The notes under the pieces are model-generated. The model was not told where the DNA came from and did no database searches. It worked only from the letters and a program-made list of their open reading frames with translations. This document shows positions 1 through 14,699 of a stretch of DNA of 64,000 nucleotides, piece after piece. Position 1 is the first letter of the stretch. Every line of letters starts with the position of its first letter. The position numbers and the translations under genes are program-made. This DNA comes from the human T2T-CHM13v2.0 reference genome, Homo sapiens. Where the stretch lies: assembly GCF_009914755.1 (NCBI RefSeq), contig NC_060947.1; one strand, 5' to 3'.

Positions 1-1590
1 AATCAAAGGGATACATCATATCAACAGAATGAAGAACAAAAATCATATGATCATTTCAATAGATGCTGAGAAAACATTTGATAAAATTCAACATCCCTTC
101 ATGACAAAAATCTTAAAAACTGGGTGTAGAAGGAACATACCTCAACATAATAAAAACCATATACAGCAGACCCACAGCTAATATGATACTGAATGGGGAA
201 AAACTGAAAGCCTTTCCTCTAAGATCTGGGACACAACAAGGATGCTCACATTCACCACTGTTATTCAACATAGTACTGGATGACTTAGCTAGAGCAATCA
301 GACAAAAGAAAGATATAAAGGGCATCCACATTGGAAAGGAGGAAGTCAAATTATCTTTCCTTGCAGACATGATCTTATATTTGGAAAAACCTAAAGACTC
401 CACAAGCACAGGAAATCAAAGCAAAAATGGACAAATGGGATCACATCAAATTACAAAGCTTTTGCCCAGAAAAGGAAGCAATCAATAATGTAAAAGGACA
501 ACCCACAGAATGGGAGAAAATATTTGTAAACTACCCATCTGATAAGGGATTAGTAACTAGAATATATAAGGAGCTAACACAACTCTATAGAAAAAAATCT
601 AAAAATCTGATTCAAAAATGGGCAAAAAAAAACTGGATAGACTTTTCTCACAATAAAACATACAAATGGCAAACAGGCATATGAAAAGGTGCAGAACAAC
701 ACTAGTCATCAGGGAAATGCAAATCAAAACTACAATGAGATACAATCTCACCTCAGTTAAAATGGCCTATATCCAAAGGATAGGCAATAACAAATGCAGG
801 CAAGGATGTGGAGAAAAGGGAATCTTTGTACACTGTTGGTGGGAATGTAAATTAGTACAACCACTATGGAAAACGGTTTGGAGGTTCCTCAAAAAACTAA
901 AAATACAGCTACCTCATATGGTATCCAGCAATCTCACTGCTAGGTTTATACCCAAAAGGAAGGATATCAGTATATCAAAGAGATATCTTCACTCCCTGGT
1001 ACTGCAGCACTATTCACAGTAGCATAGATTTAGAAGGTACCTAAGTGTTCATCAGCAAATGAATAGATAAAGAAAATGTGGTACATATACACAATGGAAT
1101 ACTATTCAGGCATAAAAAAGAATGAGATCCTGTAATTTGCAAAAACATGGATTAAACTGGAGGTCATTGTGTTAAGTGAAATAAGCCAGGCACAGAAGAT
1201 AAACTTTGCATATTCTCACTTATTTGTGGGAGCTGAAAATCAAAGAATTGAACCCATGGAGATACAGTGTAGAAGGATGATTACCAGAGGCTGGGAAGGG
1301 TAGTGGGGAGGGATGGTTAATGGGTAGAAAAAATAGAATGAATGAATAAGGCCTAGTATATAATAGCACAACAGGGAGGCTATAATCAATAACAATTTAA
1401 TTATACATCTAGAAATGACTAAAATAGTATAATCGGATTATTTGTGAGACAAAGGATAAATGCTTGAGGGGATGAATACCTCATTTTGTATGATATGATT
1501 ATTATGCATTGCATGCCTGTATCAAAACATCTCATGTACCCATAAATATACCTACTACATACCCACAAAAATAAAAATTATTTTAAAAAG
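1..1590 (+). mobile_element. L1MA-type LINE-1, ORF2 3' part plus 3' UTR, with an internal deletion near 403
   Basis: ORF2 peptides [17 protein letters not shown] and DKWDHIKL...[15 protein letters not shown]; L1MA-style 3' UTR ending in an A-rich tail. Confidence 0.9.
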
Positions 1591-1699
1591 AATGGCTGTA
1601 TATTTGCAAATATGATGAAAAACCATCAAATTGAATATATTAAATATGTGCAGGTTTGTGTATATCAACTATAACTCAATAAAGCTGTTTGAAAAAAAA

Positions 1700-2695
1700 A
1701 CAAATATAATAAAACACATACATTTACAGATTCAACAAGCTCAATAAATTCCAAGCAGGATACCACACTCAGGCATATCATAGTCAAACTATTGAAAAAC
1801 AAATTTAAATAGAAAACTTTGAAAGCATTAGGGAGAAAAAATGCCTACTGAGGAACAGAATAAAACTGACCTGTGACCTTTCTTTCTTTCTTTCTTTTTT
1901 CTGAGACGGAGTCTCGCTCTGTCTCCCAGGCTGGAGTGCAGTGGCGCCATCTTGGCTCATTGTGCAATCTCCGCCTCCCGGGTTCACGCCATTCTCCCGC
2001 CTCAGCCTCCAGAGTAGCTGGGACTACAGGCGCCCGCCACCACGCCCGGTTAGTTTTTTGTATTTTTAGTAGAGACGGGGCTTCACCGTGTTAGCCAGGA
2101 TGGTCTCAGTCTCCTGACTTCGTGATCCGCCCGTCTCGGCCTTCCAAAGTGCAGGGATTACAGGCGTGAGCCACCGCACCCGGCCAACCTGTGACCTTTC
2201 ATAAGAAAAAAAGACATCTTTAAAGTGCTGAATTTTTTAAAAACTCTATCAATACAGAATTTTACATTTATCAAAAATATCCCTTATTAATAAAGGCAAA
2301 TACTGACATTTTCATTTAAGTGAACATTAGGACAATTTGTTATCAGCATGTTCATACGATAAGAAATACTAAAGGAAATTGTTGAGTCTGAAGGAAAGTG
2401 ATACCAGATGAAAAGCTGGATCTTTAGGAAGGAATAAATAGCATCAGGAATGGTAATATGTGGATAAACATAAAATAATATTTTGCTCTTTATTTGATAT
2501 ACATATGAGAATACAAAAGAAAAATCATAACATTATAATGTGCAGTGTGTAGTATACATAGACATAATGTGCATGAAAACTATAATATGAAAGAGGGCAT
2601 AGCGGCAAACCAAACTAGACATTGACAAGGTCCTTAAATTTTATGTGAGGCAATACAATATTAAATTGTAGTATACTTTGAAAAGATAAAGATGC
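1700..2695 (+). mobile_element. Old L1M ORF1/inter-ORF fragment (host of later insertions; appears to resume at ~9540)
   Basis: Degenerate ORF1 motifs (catatcatagtcaaact, gacatctttaaagtgctg). Confidence 0.65.
1883..2185 (-). mobile_element. AluY-like SINE
   Basis: Full dimer with many CpGs and ttcacgccattctc; TSD ACCTGTGACCTTTC at 1869-1882 and 2187-2200. Confidence 0.95.
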
Positions 2696-3064
2696 ATGGA
2701 GGAGTGGAGTGGAGATGCATGGAGGAGCAAGATGGAATAATAAGCCCCAGCCCCAACCCTCATTTCCTTACAGAAACACCTATTTAACAAAAATATATTA
2801 ATCAAAATACCTCCAAGAGATGTCCAGAATCCAGTTAAGATGTTGAATACCCCAGATGAGCACAAAACACTAGAACAGGCCCACTGAAACAGTAAAAAAG
2901 AGCAATTTCATTTTACCTGTGTCATTCCTTCCCCCAAACCAGCAAAATTTGGCACCAAGTGAGATCATCTTGGCCCATGATTTCTCTCTCAGGAGAAAGG
3001 GAGAGTGGAGCACGCATCTAATATTTCAGGTCTGTCATTTCACTGCCTTAGGAACTAGTGTCTT

Positions 3065-3290
3065 ATGGTGGTTGCCAGAGGCTAGGAGCAGGAAGGAATG
3101 GGGACTTACTGTTTACGGTGTATGAAGTTTCCATTTTACAAGATGAAAAGAATGATGGAACTAGATGGTGGTGATGGTTGCACAACATTATAAATGCATG
3201 TAATACCACTGAACTGTACACTTAAAAATGGTTAAGATGGTAAGTTATATAATATGTATATTTTATCACAATAAAACATTTGGAAAAACA
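3065..3290 (+). mobile_element. L1MB-like 3' UTR fragment
   Basis: ggtggtgatggttgcacaaca...ccactgaactgtacacttaaaaatggttaagatgg, then aataaa. Confidence 0.75.
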
Positions 3291-3968
3291 TTGAAGGAGA
3301 GATAACAAACAAAAGCTGAGGGACTCCATAAGCACTAGACCTGTCTTATAAGAAATGTTAAAGGGAGTTTCTCAAGTTGCAATGAAAAGATGCTAAGCAG
3401 CAACACAAAAGCGTATAAAAGTCTAAAACTCACTGGCAAGCCTGAATATTTAGAAAGATACAGAATACTGCAATATTGTAATGATTGGGTTTAAATCACT
3501 TTTGGTATAAAAGTTAAAAAATAAAAGTATTTTTATTTTTTATTATTTTTATTTTGTTTTATTTTAAAAATAAAAATAATTAAAAATTTTAACTATTTTT
3601 AAAATAAAAATAATAAATACAAAAGTGAGTTAGTGGCTACACAATACAAAAGATGTAAACTGTGATATCAATGACATAAAGTGGGGAGGGGAGAATTCAA
3701 AATGCAGAGTTTTGTATGCAATTGCTGTTAAGTTGTTATCAGCATAAAATGAACCATTATAACCGGAGGATATTTTATGTGAACCTCATGATAACCTCAA
3801 ATAAAAGTATCTATTGAAAACACACAAAAGAAAAAGAGAAGAGAATCTAAGGATATCACTATTTTAAAAAATCAATTTAAAAAACCGACAAGAAGAATAA
3901 ACAAAAGGAACAATAATAAAACAAGATAGAAAACAATAATAAAATGGCAATAGTAAGTTCATCCCTAT

Positions 3969-4137
3969 TGTATTAGTCCGTTTTCATGCTGCTGATAAAG
4001 ACATACCCGAGACTGGGAAGAAAAAGGGGTTTAATTGGACTTACAGTTCCTCATGGCTGGGGAGGCCTCAGAAACATGGGGGCCAGTCTTTCCTGTGCTA
4101 TTCTCGTAATAGTGAATAAAGCTCATGAGATCTGATG
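3969..4137. mobile_element. Rearranged THE1 LTR fragment (minus piece fused to plus piece)
   Basis: 3969-4079 is the LTR end on minus (tgtattagtccgttttcatgctgctgataaagacatacc); 4075-4137 is LTR interior on plus (catgggggccagtctttcctgtgctattctcg...gagatctgatg). Confidence 0.8.
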
Positions 4138-4692
4138 CAGCAAAAGCAGTACTAACAGAAAAGTGAATAGCAATAAACGCTTACATTTAAAAAGAAAAAA
4201 AAAGATCATAAATAAACAATCTAACTTTAGAAATAATAAAGATTGGGGCAAAATTAAATGAAGAAAATAGAAAAACAAAATTTAAAAAATCAGTGAAACT
4301 AACAGTTGCATCTTTTTGAAAAGATCAATGAAATCGACAAAACATTAACTGAAATAACTAAGAAACAAAGAGAAAATAAAGGAGGAGACATTACAAATAG
4401 TATCACAGAAATACAAAGGCTCAGAAGAGACTACTATGAACAATTATACACCAATAAATAGAACAACCTAGGAGAAATGACTAATTTCCTAGAACCATAA
4501 CATGTACTAAAACTGAATCATAAAGAAATAGAAAACATGAACAGAAAATTAACAAGAGGATTGAATTAGTTATCAAAAACAATCCAACACAGTAAAGCCC
4601 AGGACCTGATGGCTTCACTGATGAATTCTACCAAATATACATATATACGTATATATGTGTGTGTGTATGTGTGTGTGTGTGTATATATATAC

Positions 4693-4991
4693 ATTTTTTT
4701 CTTTTTTGAGACAGAGTGTCACTCTGTCACCCAGGCTTGAGTGCAGTGGTGCAATCTCGGCTCACTGCAACCTCCACCTCCTGAGGATCAAGCGATTCTC
4801 CTGCCTCAGCCTCCCAAGTAGCTGGGACTACAGGCGTGTGCCACCACGCCCGGCTAATCTTTTGTATTTTTTTTAGCAGAGATGGGGTTTCACCGTGTAG
4901 CCAGGATGGTCTAGATCTTCTGACCTCGTGGTCTGCCCGTCTCAGCCTCCCAAAGTGCTGGGATTACAGGCGTGAGCCACAGCACCCGGCC
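4693..4991 (-). mobile_element. AluS (Sc-like) with tail-derived (TA)n(TG)n microsatellite at 4636-4692
   Basis: Alu dimer; TSD GAATTCTACCAAATA at 4623-4637 and 4993-5007. Confidence 0.93.
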
Positions 4992-5223
4992 AGAATTCTA
5001 CCAAATACTTAAAGAATTAATACTAATCCTTCTCAGACTGTTCCAAAAAGCAGAGGAAATACTTCCAAACTGCTTTTACAAGGCCAGTAGTGCCCTGATA
5101 CCAAAGCCACAAAAGAACACTACAAGAAAAGAAAATTATAGGAAATGACCCCTGATGAATATAGATGTGAAAATCTTCAACAAAATATGAGAACCTGAAT
5201 TAAACAGCACATTAAAAGGATCA

Positions 5224-6610
<1,387 letters not shown>

Positions 6611-6773
6611 AAAAAGGATCATACAGCATGACCAAGTATTATTTATTTTTGAGATAAAAAGCTGGCTCAATATATGGAAATTACTAAATGTGATACACCA
6701 TATTAACAGAATAAAAGATAAAAATCACGATTGTTTCAACAGATGCAAAAAGTTTGATAAAATTCAACACAAC

Positions 6774-7068
6774 TTTTTTATTATTAGTATACTTTAAGTC
6801 CTGGGATACATGTGCAGAACGTGCAGATTTGTTACATAGGTATACACGTGCCATGGTGGTTTGCTGCACCCATCAACCCGTCATCTACATTAGGTATTTC
6901 TCCCAATGCTATCCCTCCCCTAGTCCCCCACCCCCTGAGAGGCCCGGATGTGTGATGTTCCCCTCCCTGTGTCCATGTGTTCTCATTGTTAAACTCCCAC
7001 TTATGAGTGAGAACATGTGATGATTGGTTTTCTGTTCCTGTATTAGTTTGCTGAGAATGATGGTTTCT
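6774..7068 (-). mobile_element. L1PA (PA7/8-like) 3' end fragment
   Basis: T-rich tail, then tatactttaagt...catgtgcagaacgtgcag. Confidence 0.9.
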
Positions 7069-8477
7069 CTCAACTAATTAGGTATACAAGGAATATACCT
7101 CAAAATAAATAAGGTCATATATGATAAGCCCACAGCTAACATCATACTCAATGGTGAAAAACTGAAAGCTTTTCCTTTAAGATGAGCAATAACACAAGGT
7201 TTACCCTTCTTCCCACTTCCACATGTCACAGGACTAGAACCCCTAGTCAGGAAAATTAGACAAGAAAAAGAAATAAAATACATCCAATCAAGAAGTAAGA
7301 AGTAAAATTATCTCTGTTTGCAGATGACATATAGAAAATTTAAGGACCAAAAACAAAAAAACTGTTGGAAATAATACATGAATTCAGTAAAGTGGCAGGA
7401 TACAAAATCTATATACAAAAATTACTTGCATTTCTATACATTAACAATAAATTAACCTAAAATGAAATTAATAAAACAATCCCATTTACAATAGCATCTA
7501 AAACTTCAATACTTGAGAATAAACATAACTAGGGAGGAGAAAGATTTGTATGATGAAAAGTATAAGACACTGATAAAAAATAAGGATGACACATGTAAAT
7601 GTAAAGACATGTTGAGTTCATCATTTGGAATAATTAATATTGATAATATGTCCATACCACCAAAGCAATCTACAGATTCAATACTATCCCCATGAAAATT
7701 TCATTTTTTTTCAGAAATAGAAAAAACACTTCTAAAACTTACACGGCACCATAAAGACCCCAAGTAGACAAAATACTCATGAGCAAGAAGAACAAAACAA
7801 AAGTCATCACACTTCATTATTTCAAGCTGTAATACAAAGCTGCATTAATTAAAACAGTACGGTATTAGCATAAATGCAGGCATGTAGACCAATGGAACAA
7901 AATAGAGCACCTAACCTTAACCCACACATATATGCTCAAGTGATCTTCTACAATAGTGGCAAAAATACACAATGGGGAAAAATAGTCCCTTTAACAACTA
8001 GCATTGGAAAAAGTGGATATCCACATGCAACAAGATAAAATTGGACTCTTATATCATACACAAAAATTAACTCAAACTGGATTAAAGTTTTAATCATAAT
8101 ATCGGAAACTGCAAAACTCCTAAAAGAAAACATGGAGGAAAAGCTTTTGACTTTGTTCTTGGCAATGATTTCTTGGATATGACACCAAAAGTATAGGTAA
8201 CTGAAGCAAAAATACATAGGTGGGACTACATAAAACTGAAAAGCTTCTTCACAGAAAGGAAAACAATTAACAGAGTAAAGAGACAACTTACAGAATGGAA
8301 ATAGGAAATACAGTTGCAAACCATACATTGGATAAAGGGTTAATATCTGAAATATATAAGGAACTCAAACAACTGAGTAGCAAGAAAATGACCCAATTTA
8401 AAAATGGGCAAAAAACCTGAATAGACATTTCTCAAAAGAAGATATACAAATGTATAACAGGTGTATTTAAAAATGGT

Positions 8478-9067
8478 GATTCCTCAAGGATCTAGAACCA
8501 GAAATACCATTTGACCCAGCAATCCCATTACTGGGTATATACCCAAAGGATTATAATCATTCTACTATAAAGACACATGCACACGTATGTTTATTGCAGC
8601 ACTGTTCACAATAGCAAAGACTTGGTACCAACCCAAATGCCCATCAATGATAGACTGGATAAAGAAAATGTGGCACATATACACCATGGAATACTATGCA
8701 GCCATTAAAAAGGATGAGTTCATGTCCTTTGCAGGGACATGGATGAAGCTGGAAACCATCACTCTCAGCAAACTAACACAGGAACAGAAAACCAAACACT
8801 GCATGCTCTCACTCATAAGTGGGAGCTGAACAATGAGAACACATGGATGCAGGGAGGGGAACATCATGCACCAGGGCCTGTCGGTAAGTGGGGGGCGAGG
8901 GGAGAGATAGCATTAGGAGAAATACCTAATGTAGATGATGGGTTGAATGGGTGCAGCAAACCACAATGGCACATATATACCTATGTGACAAACCTGCACG
9001 TTCTGCACATGTATCCCAGAACTTTAAGTATAATAAATAAAACAAAATAAAATAAAATTAAATTAAA
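8478..9067 (+). mobile_element. 5'-truncated L1PA (PA7/8-like)
   Basis: [13 protein letters not shown]...; TSD TTAAAAATGGT at 8467-8477 and 9068-9078. Confidence 0.92.
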
Positions 9068-9944
9068 TTAAAAATGGTCAACACCTCTAATCATCAGAGA
9101 AATACCAATCAAAACCACAATGAGATATCACATCAAATCTGTTAGGAAGGCTATTACCAAAACAAAAAAAGATAAAAAGTGTTGGGTGCCCTTGAGCATT
9201 GTTGGTGGGAATGTAAATTGGTACGGTCATTGTGGAATACACTAGGGAAATTCCTCAAAAATTAGAAATAGAACTACCATACGATCCAGTAATCCCATCT
9301 TTGGGTACGTATCAGAAGGAGAGAGTAAAATGATGTTTGCCAGGGCCTGGGGGGAAAGGGAAAATTGGTAGTTCACTGGGTATGAAGTTTCAGTTCTGCA
9401 AGATAAATAAGTTCAAGAGATCTGCTATACAACATAGTGCCTATAGTTAACAACACTGTATTGTGCACTTAAAAATTTTGTTGAGTGGGTAGATCTCATG
9501 TTAAATGTTCTTACCTACCTCTCACCCACCAAAAAGAAGGAAGTAAATTTAAGGATACCTGTAGAATCACTGGAGCAGTCACTAAAAAATAATGCAAAGT
9601 GAGCTGGCTGGAAGCAATAGATAAATTAAAATGCAATTCTAAAACAATATCTAATTAACCCAAGTTAACACAGGAAAAGAGTAAAAGGAAACAAGAAATT
9701 GATTCTCCAAATAGAAAATGAATATTAAATGATAGATCTGAGTAAATGATCCAACCATATCAATAATTATATTAAATGTAAATCTATCAAATACTCCAAC
9801 TAAAGGATATAAATTATCAATATGGAATAAAAAATGCAAGACCAAACTATATGCTATCTATTTGCACTTTATATTTAAGACAGGTAGGTTGGAAGTAAAA
9901 GGGTTGAAAAAAATACTATGCCAGCAATAAGCATAAAAACGCTG

Positions 9945-12497
9945 AGGAAGCGTAAAGTCAGCAAGACGGCAGACTACCTTTCAGCACTTATCCCCTCTCA
10001 GAACATCAATTTGAATAACAATACATACATGAAAATATCTTTATAAATCCTAAGGAATCCAAATGATAGATTACAGAACCTGGGTGGAGCACAGAAATAA
10101 GAAAAGATGCATAGATGAGGGTAATAAGAACAGTTTTACATTACTCCATCACCCCTTCCCCATGTGTGTATAGTGCAGTTTGGATATACCCTCAATATGT
10201 GGGAAGGAGACTGAAGTGAGCACATGACTTCACTGCAGACCCCAGCACCAGGACCACCCCAGTGTTCCTGGGCACCAGGTCAACCCTTACAAACCCAGAC
10301 TTCAGGCCCTCCCGACTGCCACATGTACCCAGTCTCCAGAAAGATCTCCACAACCTAGGCTCCAGGCACACTCCAGTGCCAGACCTGCCTCCATGGCCCC
10401 AGGCTCCAGGCCCACTGATGAGAACTAATAAGCCAATGTAGTAAAGTTGCAGGAAACAAATTCAACAGGAAAAAGCAGTTAATAGTTCTACAGAGTAACA
10501 ACAAACTATCTGAAAAAGAAATTAAGAAAATAATCCCATTTATAATAGCAAAAAAAATACTTAGGTGTAAATTTAACTAAGGAGGTGAAATATCTGGACA
10601 CTGAAAATTATCAAACATTGATGAAAAAATTAAAGAAGACAAAATAAATGGAAATATATCACATGCTCATTATTTGGAAGAATTAATATTTTAAAATTTT
10701 CCATACATTCAAAGTGATCTACAGATTCAATGCAATTCCTATCAAAATTCCAATGCCTTTTTTTTAAAGAAATAGAAAAAAATCCTAAAATTTGTATAAA
10801 AGCACAAAAGACCCTGAATAGCCAAAGCAATCTTGAGGAAGAAGAACAAAACTGGAGTCATCACACTACCTGATTTCAAAACATACCAAAAAGCTATAGT
10901 AATCAAAACAGAATGGTACTGGCCTAAAAGTAGACAAATAGACCAAAGGAACAGAATAGAGAGATCAGCGATAAATCTGCACATTTATAGTCAATTGATC
11001 TTTGACAAAGCAGCCAAGAACACACAATGGGGAAAGGATATTCTCTTCAATAAATGGTGCTTGGAAAACTGGACCTCCACTTGTAGAAGAATAAAATTGG
11101 ACACTTATCTTACACCATATGCAAAAATAGACTCAAAATAGAATATAGACTTAAATGTAATACCCGAAACTGTAATATTCCTAGAAGAAAACATAGGAAA
11201 AAATTTTCTTGACAGTGTTCCAGGCAATACTCTCTTGGATATTACCTCAAAAGGACACAACCCAAAAGCGAAAATAGACAAATGAGGCTACATGAAATAA
11301 AAAAAGCTTCTGCATAGCAAATCAAATTATCAGCAGAATAAAAAGACTATGGAATGGAAGAAAATGTTTTTAAACCACATTTCTGAGATGGGGTTAATAT
11401 TTAAAATGTATTAGGAATTTAAACAACTCAATAGCAAGAAAACAAATAACATAATTAAAAATGGGCAAAGGACATTTCTCAAAAAAACACATACAAATTG
11501 CCAATAGGTGTAATAAAGTATGTTCAACACCACCAATTATCAGGGAAATGCAAATCAAAACCACAATAAGATATCACCACACCTGTTAGGATGGCAATTA
11601 TCACAATGACAAAAAAAAAAGAGTTGGTAAAGGTGTGGAGAAAAGGGCACCCTTGTACACTGTTGATGAGAATGTAAATGGGCAGTTTCATTGTGGAATA
11701 CAGTATGGAGTTCCTGAAAAGCTAAAAATAGAACTACTATATGATCCAGTAGTCCCACCTCTGGGTATATAACCAAAGGAAATGAAATCAGAATCTGGAA
11801 GAGATGTCTTCATTCTTATGTTCATTTGAGAATTATTAACAATAGCCAATATATGGAAGCAAACTGAGTGTCCATCAATGGATGAATAAAGAAAATGTGG
11901 TGTACATATATATAGTGTTCATTTATATATGATTATATATTATATACACATGTGTATATATTGTATATGTATATATACACACACATATATAATGGCACTA
12001 TTCAGTTTTTTAAAAAGAAAATCCTCTCGATTGCAACAACATGTATGAACCTGGAGGACGTTATGTTAAATGAAATAACCTAGGGACAAAAAGACACATA
12101 CTGCCTGATGTCACTTACGTGTGGAATCTAAAAAGTCAAACTCGTAGAACCAGACAGAAGGATGGTGGTTGCCAGGATACGGGTGAGGGAAAATGGGGCG
12201 ACATTGGTCAAAGAGTACAAAGTTTCAGTTATGCAAGATGAACAAGTTCTGGGGATCTAATGTATGGCATGGTGACTGTAGTTAATAGTACTATATATGT
12301 ACTCAAAATTAACTGAGAGTAGACTTTAAATATTTTCACCTCAAAAAAATTGTAACTATGTGAGCTAATGGATACGTTAATTAGCTTTATTGTGGTAATC
12401 ATTTCACAATGTATACATATATCAAAACATCACATTGTGAAATTTAAACATATATAATTTTTGTCATTTATACCTCAATAAAGCTGGAAAAATAAAT
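9945..12497 (+). mobile_element. L1MA-type element: 5' UTR joined at ~10420 directly to late ORF2 plus 3' UTR
   Basis: C-rich 5' UTR 9945-10420; ORF2 peptide [23 protein letters not shown]; 3' end tacctcaataaagctgg. Confidence 0.75.
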
Positions 12498-12499
12498 GA

Positions 12500-13158
12500 G
12501 CTAATACACAGGGACTGGGGAGAGGGAAGAGTTACAGGCAGAGAACAGAGGAATTTTAGAGCAGTGCAACTACTCTGTATAATACCATAATGGTGGATAC
12601 ATAGCATTACACATTTCTGTCCAAATTCATAGAATGCACAATATCAAGAGTAAATCCTGTCTGGGTACAGTGGCTCACAGCACTTTGGGAGGCTGACGCT
12701 GGTGGATTGCTTGAGCCCAGGAGTTCAAGACCAGTCTGAGAAACATGGCAAAACCCCATATCCACAAAAATGAGCCGGGCACGGTGGCCCGTACCTGTAG
12801 TCTCAGATACTCAGGAGGCTGAGCTGGGAGGATCACTTGATCCTGGGAAGCAGATGCTGCAGTGAGCCGAGATCTTGCCACTGCACTCCAGCCTGGGTGA
12901 CAGAGCCAGATCCTGTAAACAAGCAAACAAACAAACAAAAACACACAGAGTAAATCCTAACGTAAATTATGGACTTGAGGTGATAATGATGTGTCAATGT
13001 AGGTTTATCAATTGTAAGGAAGGTATCACTTAGATGGCAGATGTTGATAATCAAGAAAGTTTTGCATGTGAGGAGGCAGAGGGTATATAGGAACTCCGTA
13101 CCTTCTGCTCAATATTACTGTGACCCTAAAACTTCTCTAAAAAATAAAGACTATTTTT
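12500..13158 (+). mobile_element. L1MC/L1MD 3' UTR fragment
   Basis: actactctgtataataccataatggtggatac...gatgtgtcaatgtaggtttatcaattgtaa. Confidence 0.75.
12659..12946 (+). mobile_element. AluJ SINE
   Basis: ggattgcttgagcccaggagttc and gggaggatcacttga; TSD AGAGTAAATCCT at 12647-12658 and 12947-12958. Confidence 0.92.
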
Positions 13159-13704
13159 AAAAGTCTGGATTTGCTACATGGATATCAAAGAGAGCAGGCT
13201 TCAAAACAAAGTCTTAACAGACTTATTTATTGCTAGATATATAAAAAGTGATTTCATAATAATAAAATATTTAATTCATGAAGACGACAAAATAATCAAA
13301 TGTGATGAATAACAGAGCTTCAAAATAGAAAATGCAAAATTTGACAAAATTAGAGAGAAAAAATCCACAGGCCGAAGTGCAAATTTTAGTATGTCTTTCT
13401 CAGGAAATGATAGAAGAACTGATCAAAAGAAAACAGTAACAGAAACACTATAGTGATCAACACTCTCAGCAAATTTGAACTTACTGGAATTTATAAAATA
13501 GTACACTAGCAGCTACAAGATATACATTATTTTTTAGAATTATGGCATATCAAATATGAAAGAATATTACTGGGCCAAAAAGTAATTCTCAAGATTAGTC
13601 AAAATACTGAAATCCTACAGAGTATGTTAACTGATAACAATTCAATGAAATATTGTTTTTGTCCAAGAGAAATGAAAGCATAAGTTCACAAAAAGTTTCA
13701 TACA

Positions 13705-14210
13705 ATACACGATGAAATACTATTCAACCTTAAAAAAAATGAGAAAATCCTGTCATTTATGACAACATGAATGAACCTGAAGGACATAATACTACGTGAA
13801 ATAAGCTGGCCACATAAAGACAAAAGCTGCATGATCTCACTTATATGTAAAATCTAAAAATGTCAGCCTCATTGGAGCACAGAATAGAATGGTGGTTACC
13901 AGAGGCTACAGAGTGAAGGGGGGATAGCAAAAGTGAAGATGTTGGCCAAAGGATACAAAGCTTCAGTTAGAAAGGAAGAATAAATTTTAGTGATCTATTG
14001 CACAACATGATAACCATAGTTGATAATAATGTATTCTATATTTTTTGACTGCTAAAAGTGGATTTTAAAATTCTCACCTCATTAAAAATAAGTGAGGTGA
14101 TGAATACGTTAATTAGCTTGATTTTCTATTTCTACAATTGTTGCATATATGAAAGTGTCATACTGTACCCCATAAAGACATACAATTATTTGTCAACTTG
14201 AGATTTTAAA
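13705..14210 (+). mobile_element. L1MA 3' end fragment
   Basis: acaacatgaatgaacctgaaggacat...gttaattagcttgat. Confidence 0.8.
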
Positions 14211-14360
14211 TGGGGAAGTAAAGAAAATAAATGTATGAAAACATATTGAAAACTAAAAAATGATTATATTGGTCAAATAATAAACACTTAGAAAGTACAA
14301 AATTTTTAAAATCCATAATTACACTTATAATTGTACATTAAGTTCATAATTTTATATATA

Positions 14361-14696
14361 CAGTCGTCCTCAATATCCATGGGCAGTTGGTTCCAGGACC
14401 CATCACAGATACCAAAATCCACAGATGGTCAAGTCCCTGACCTAAAATAGTATACTATTTGCATATAACATATGCACTTCCTTCCATATACTTTAAGTTA
14501 TCACTAGTTTATTTGTAATACCTAATACAATGTGAATGCTATGTAACTAGTTGTTATACTATATTGCTTCAGGAATAATGACAAGAAAAAATATCTACAT
14601 GTGCTCAGTACAGACAAAACCATCATTTTTGTTTTTCAAATATTTTTGATCTGCAGTTGGTTGAATCCATGGAGGCAGAACCCACAGGGCCAACTG
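14361..14696. mobile_element. MER2 (TcMar-Tigger non-autonomous DNA transposon)
   Basis: TIR-like ends cagtcgtcc / ggccaactg, flanking TA, internal gataccaaaatccacagatg. Confidence 0.9.
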
Positions 14697-14699
14697 TAT

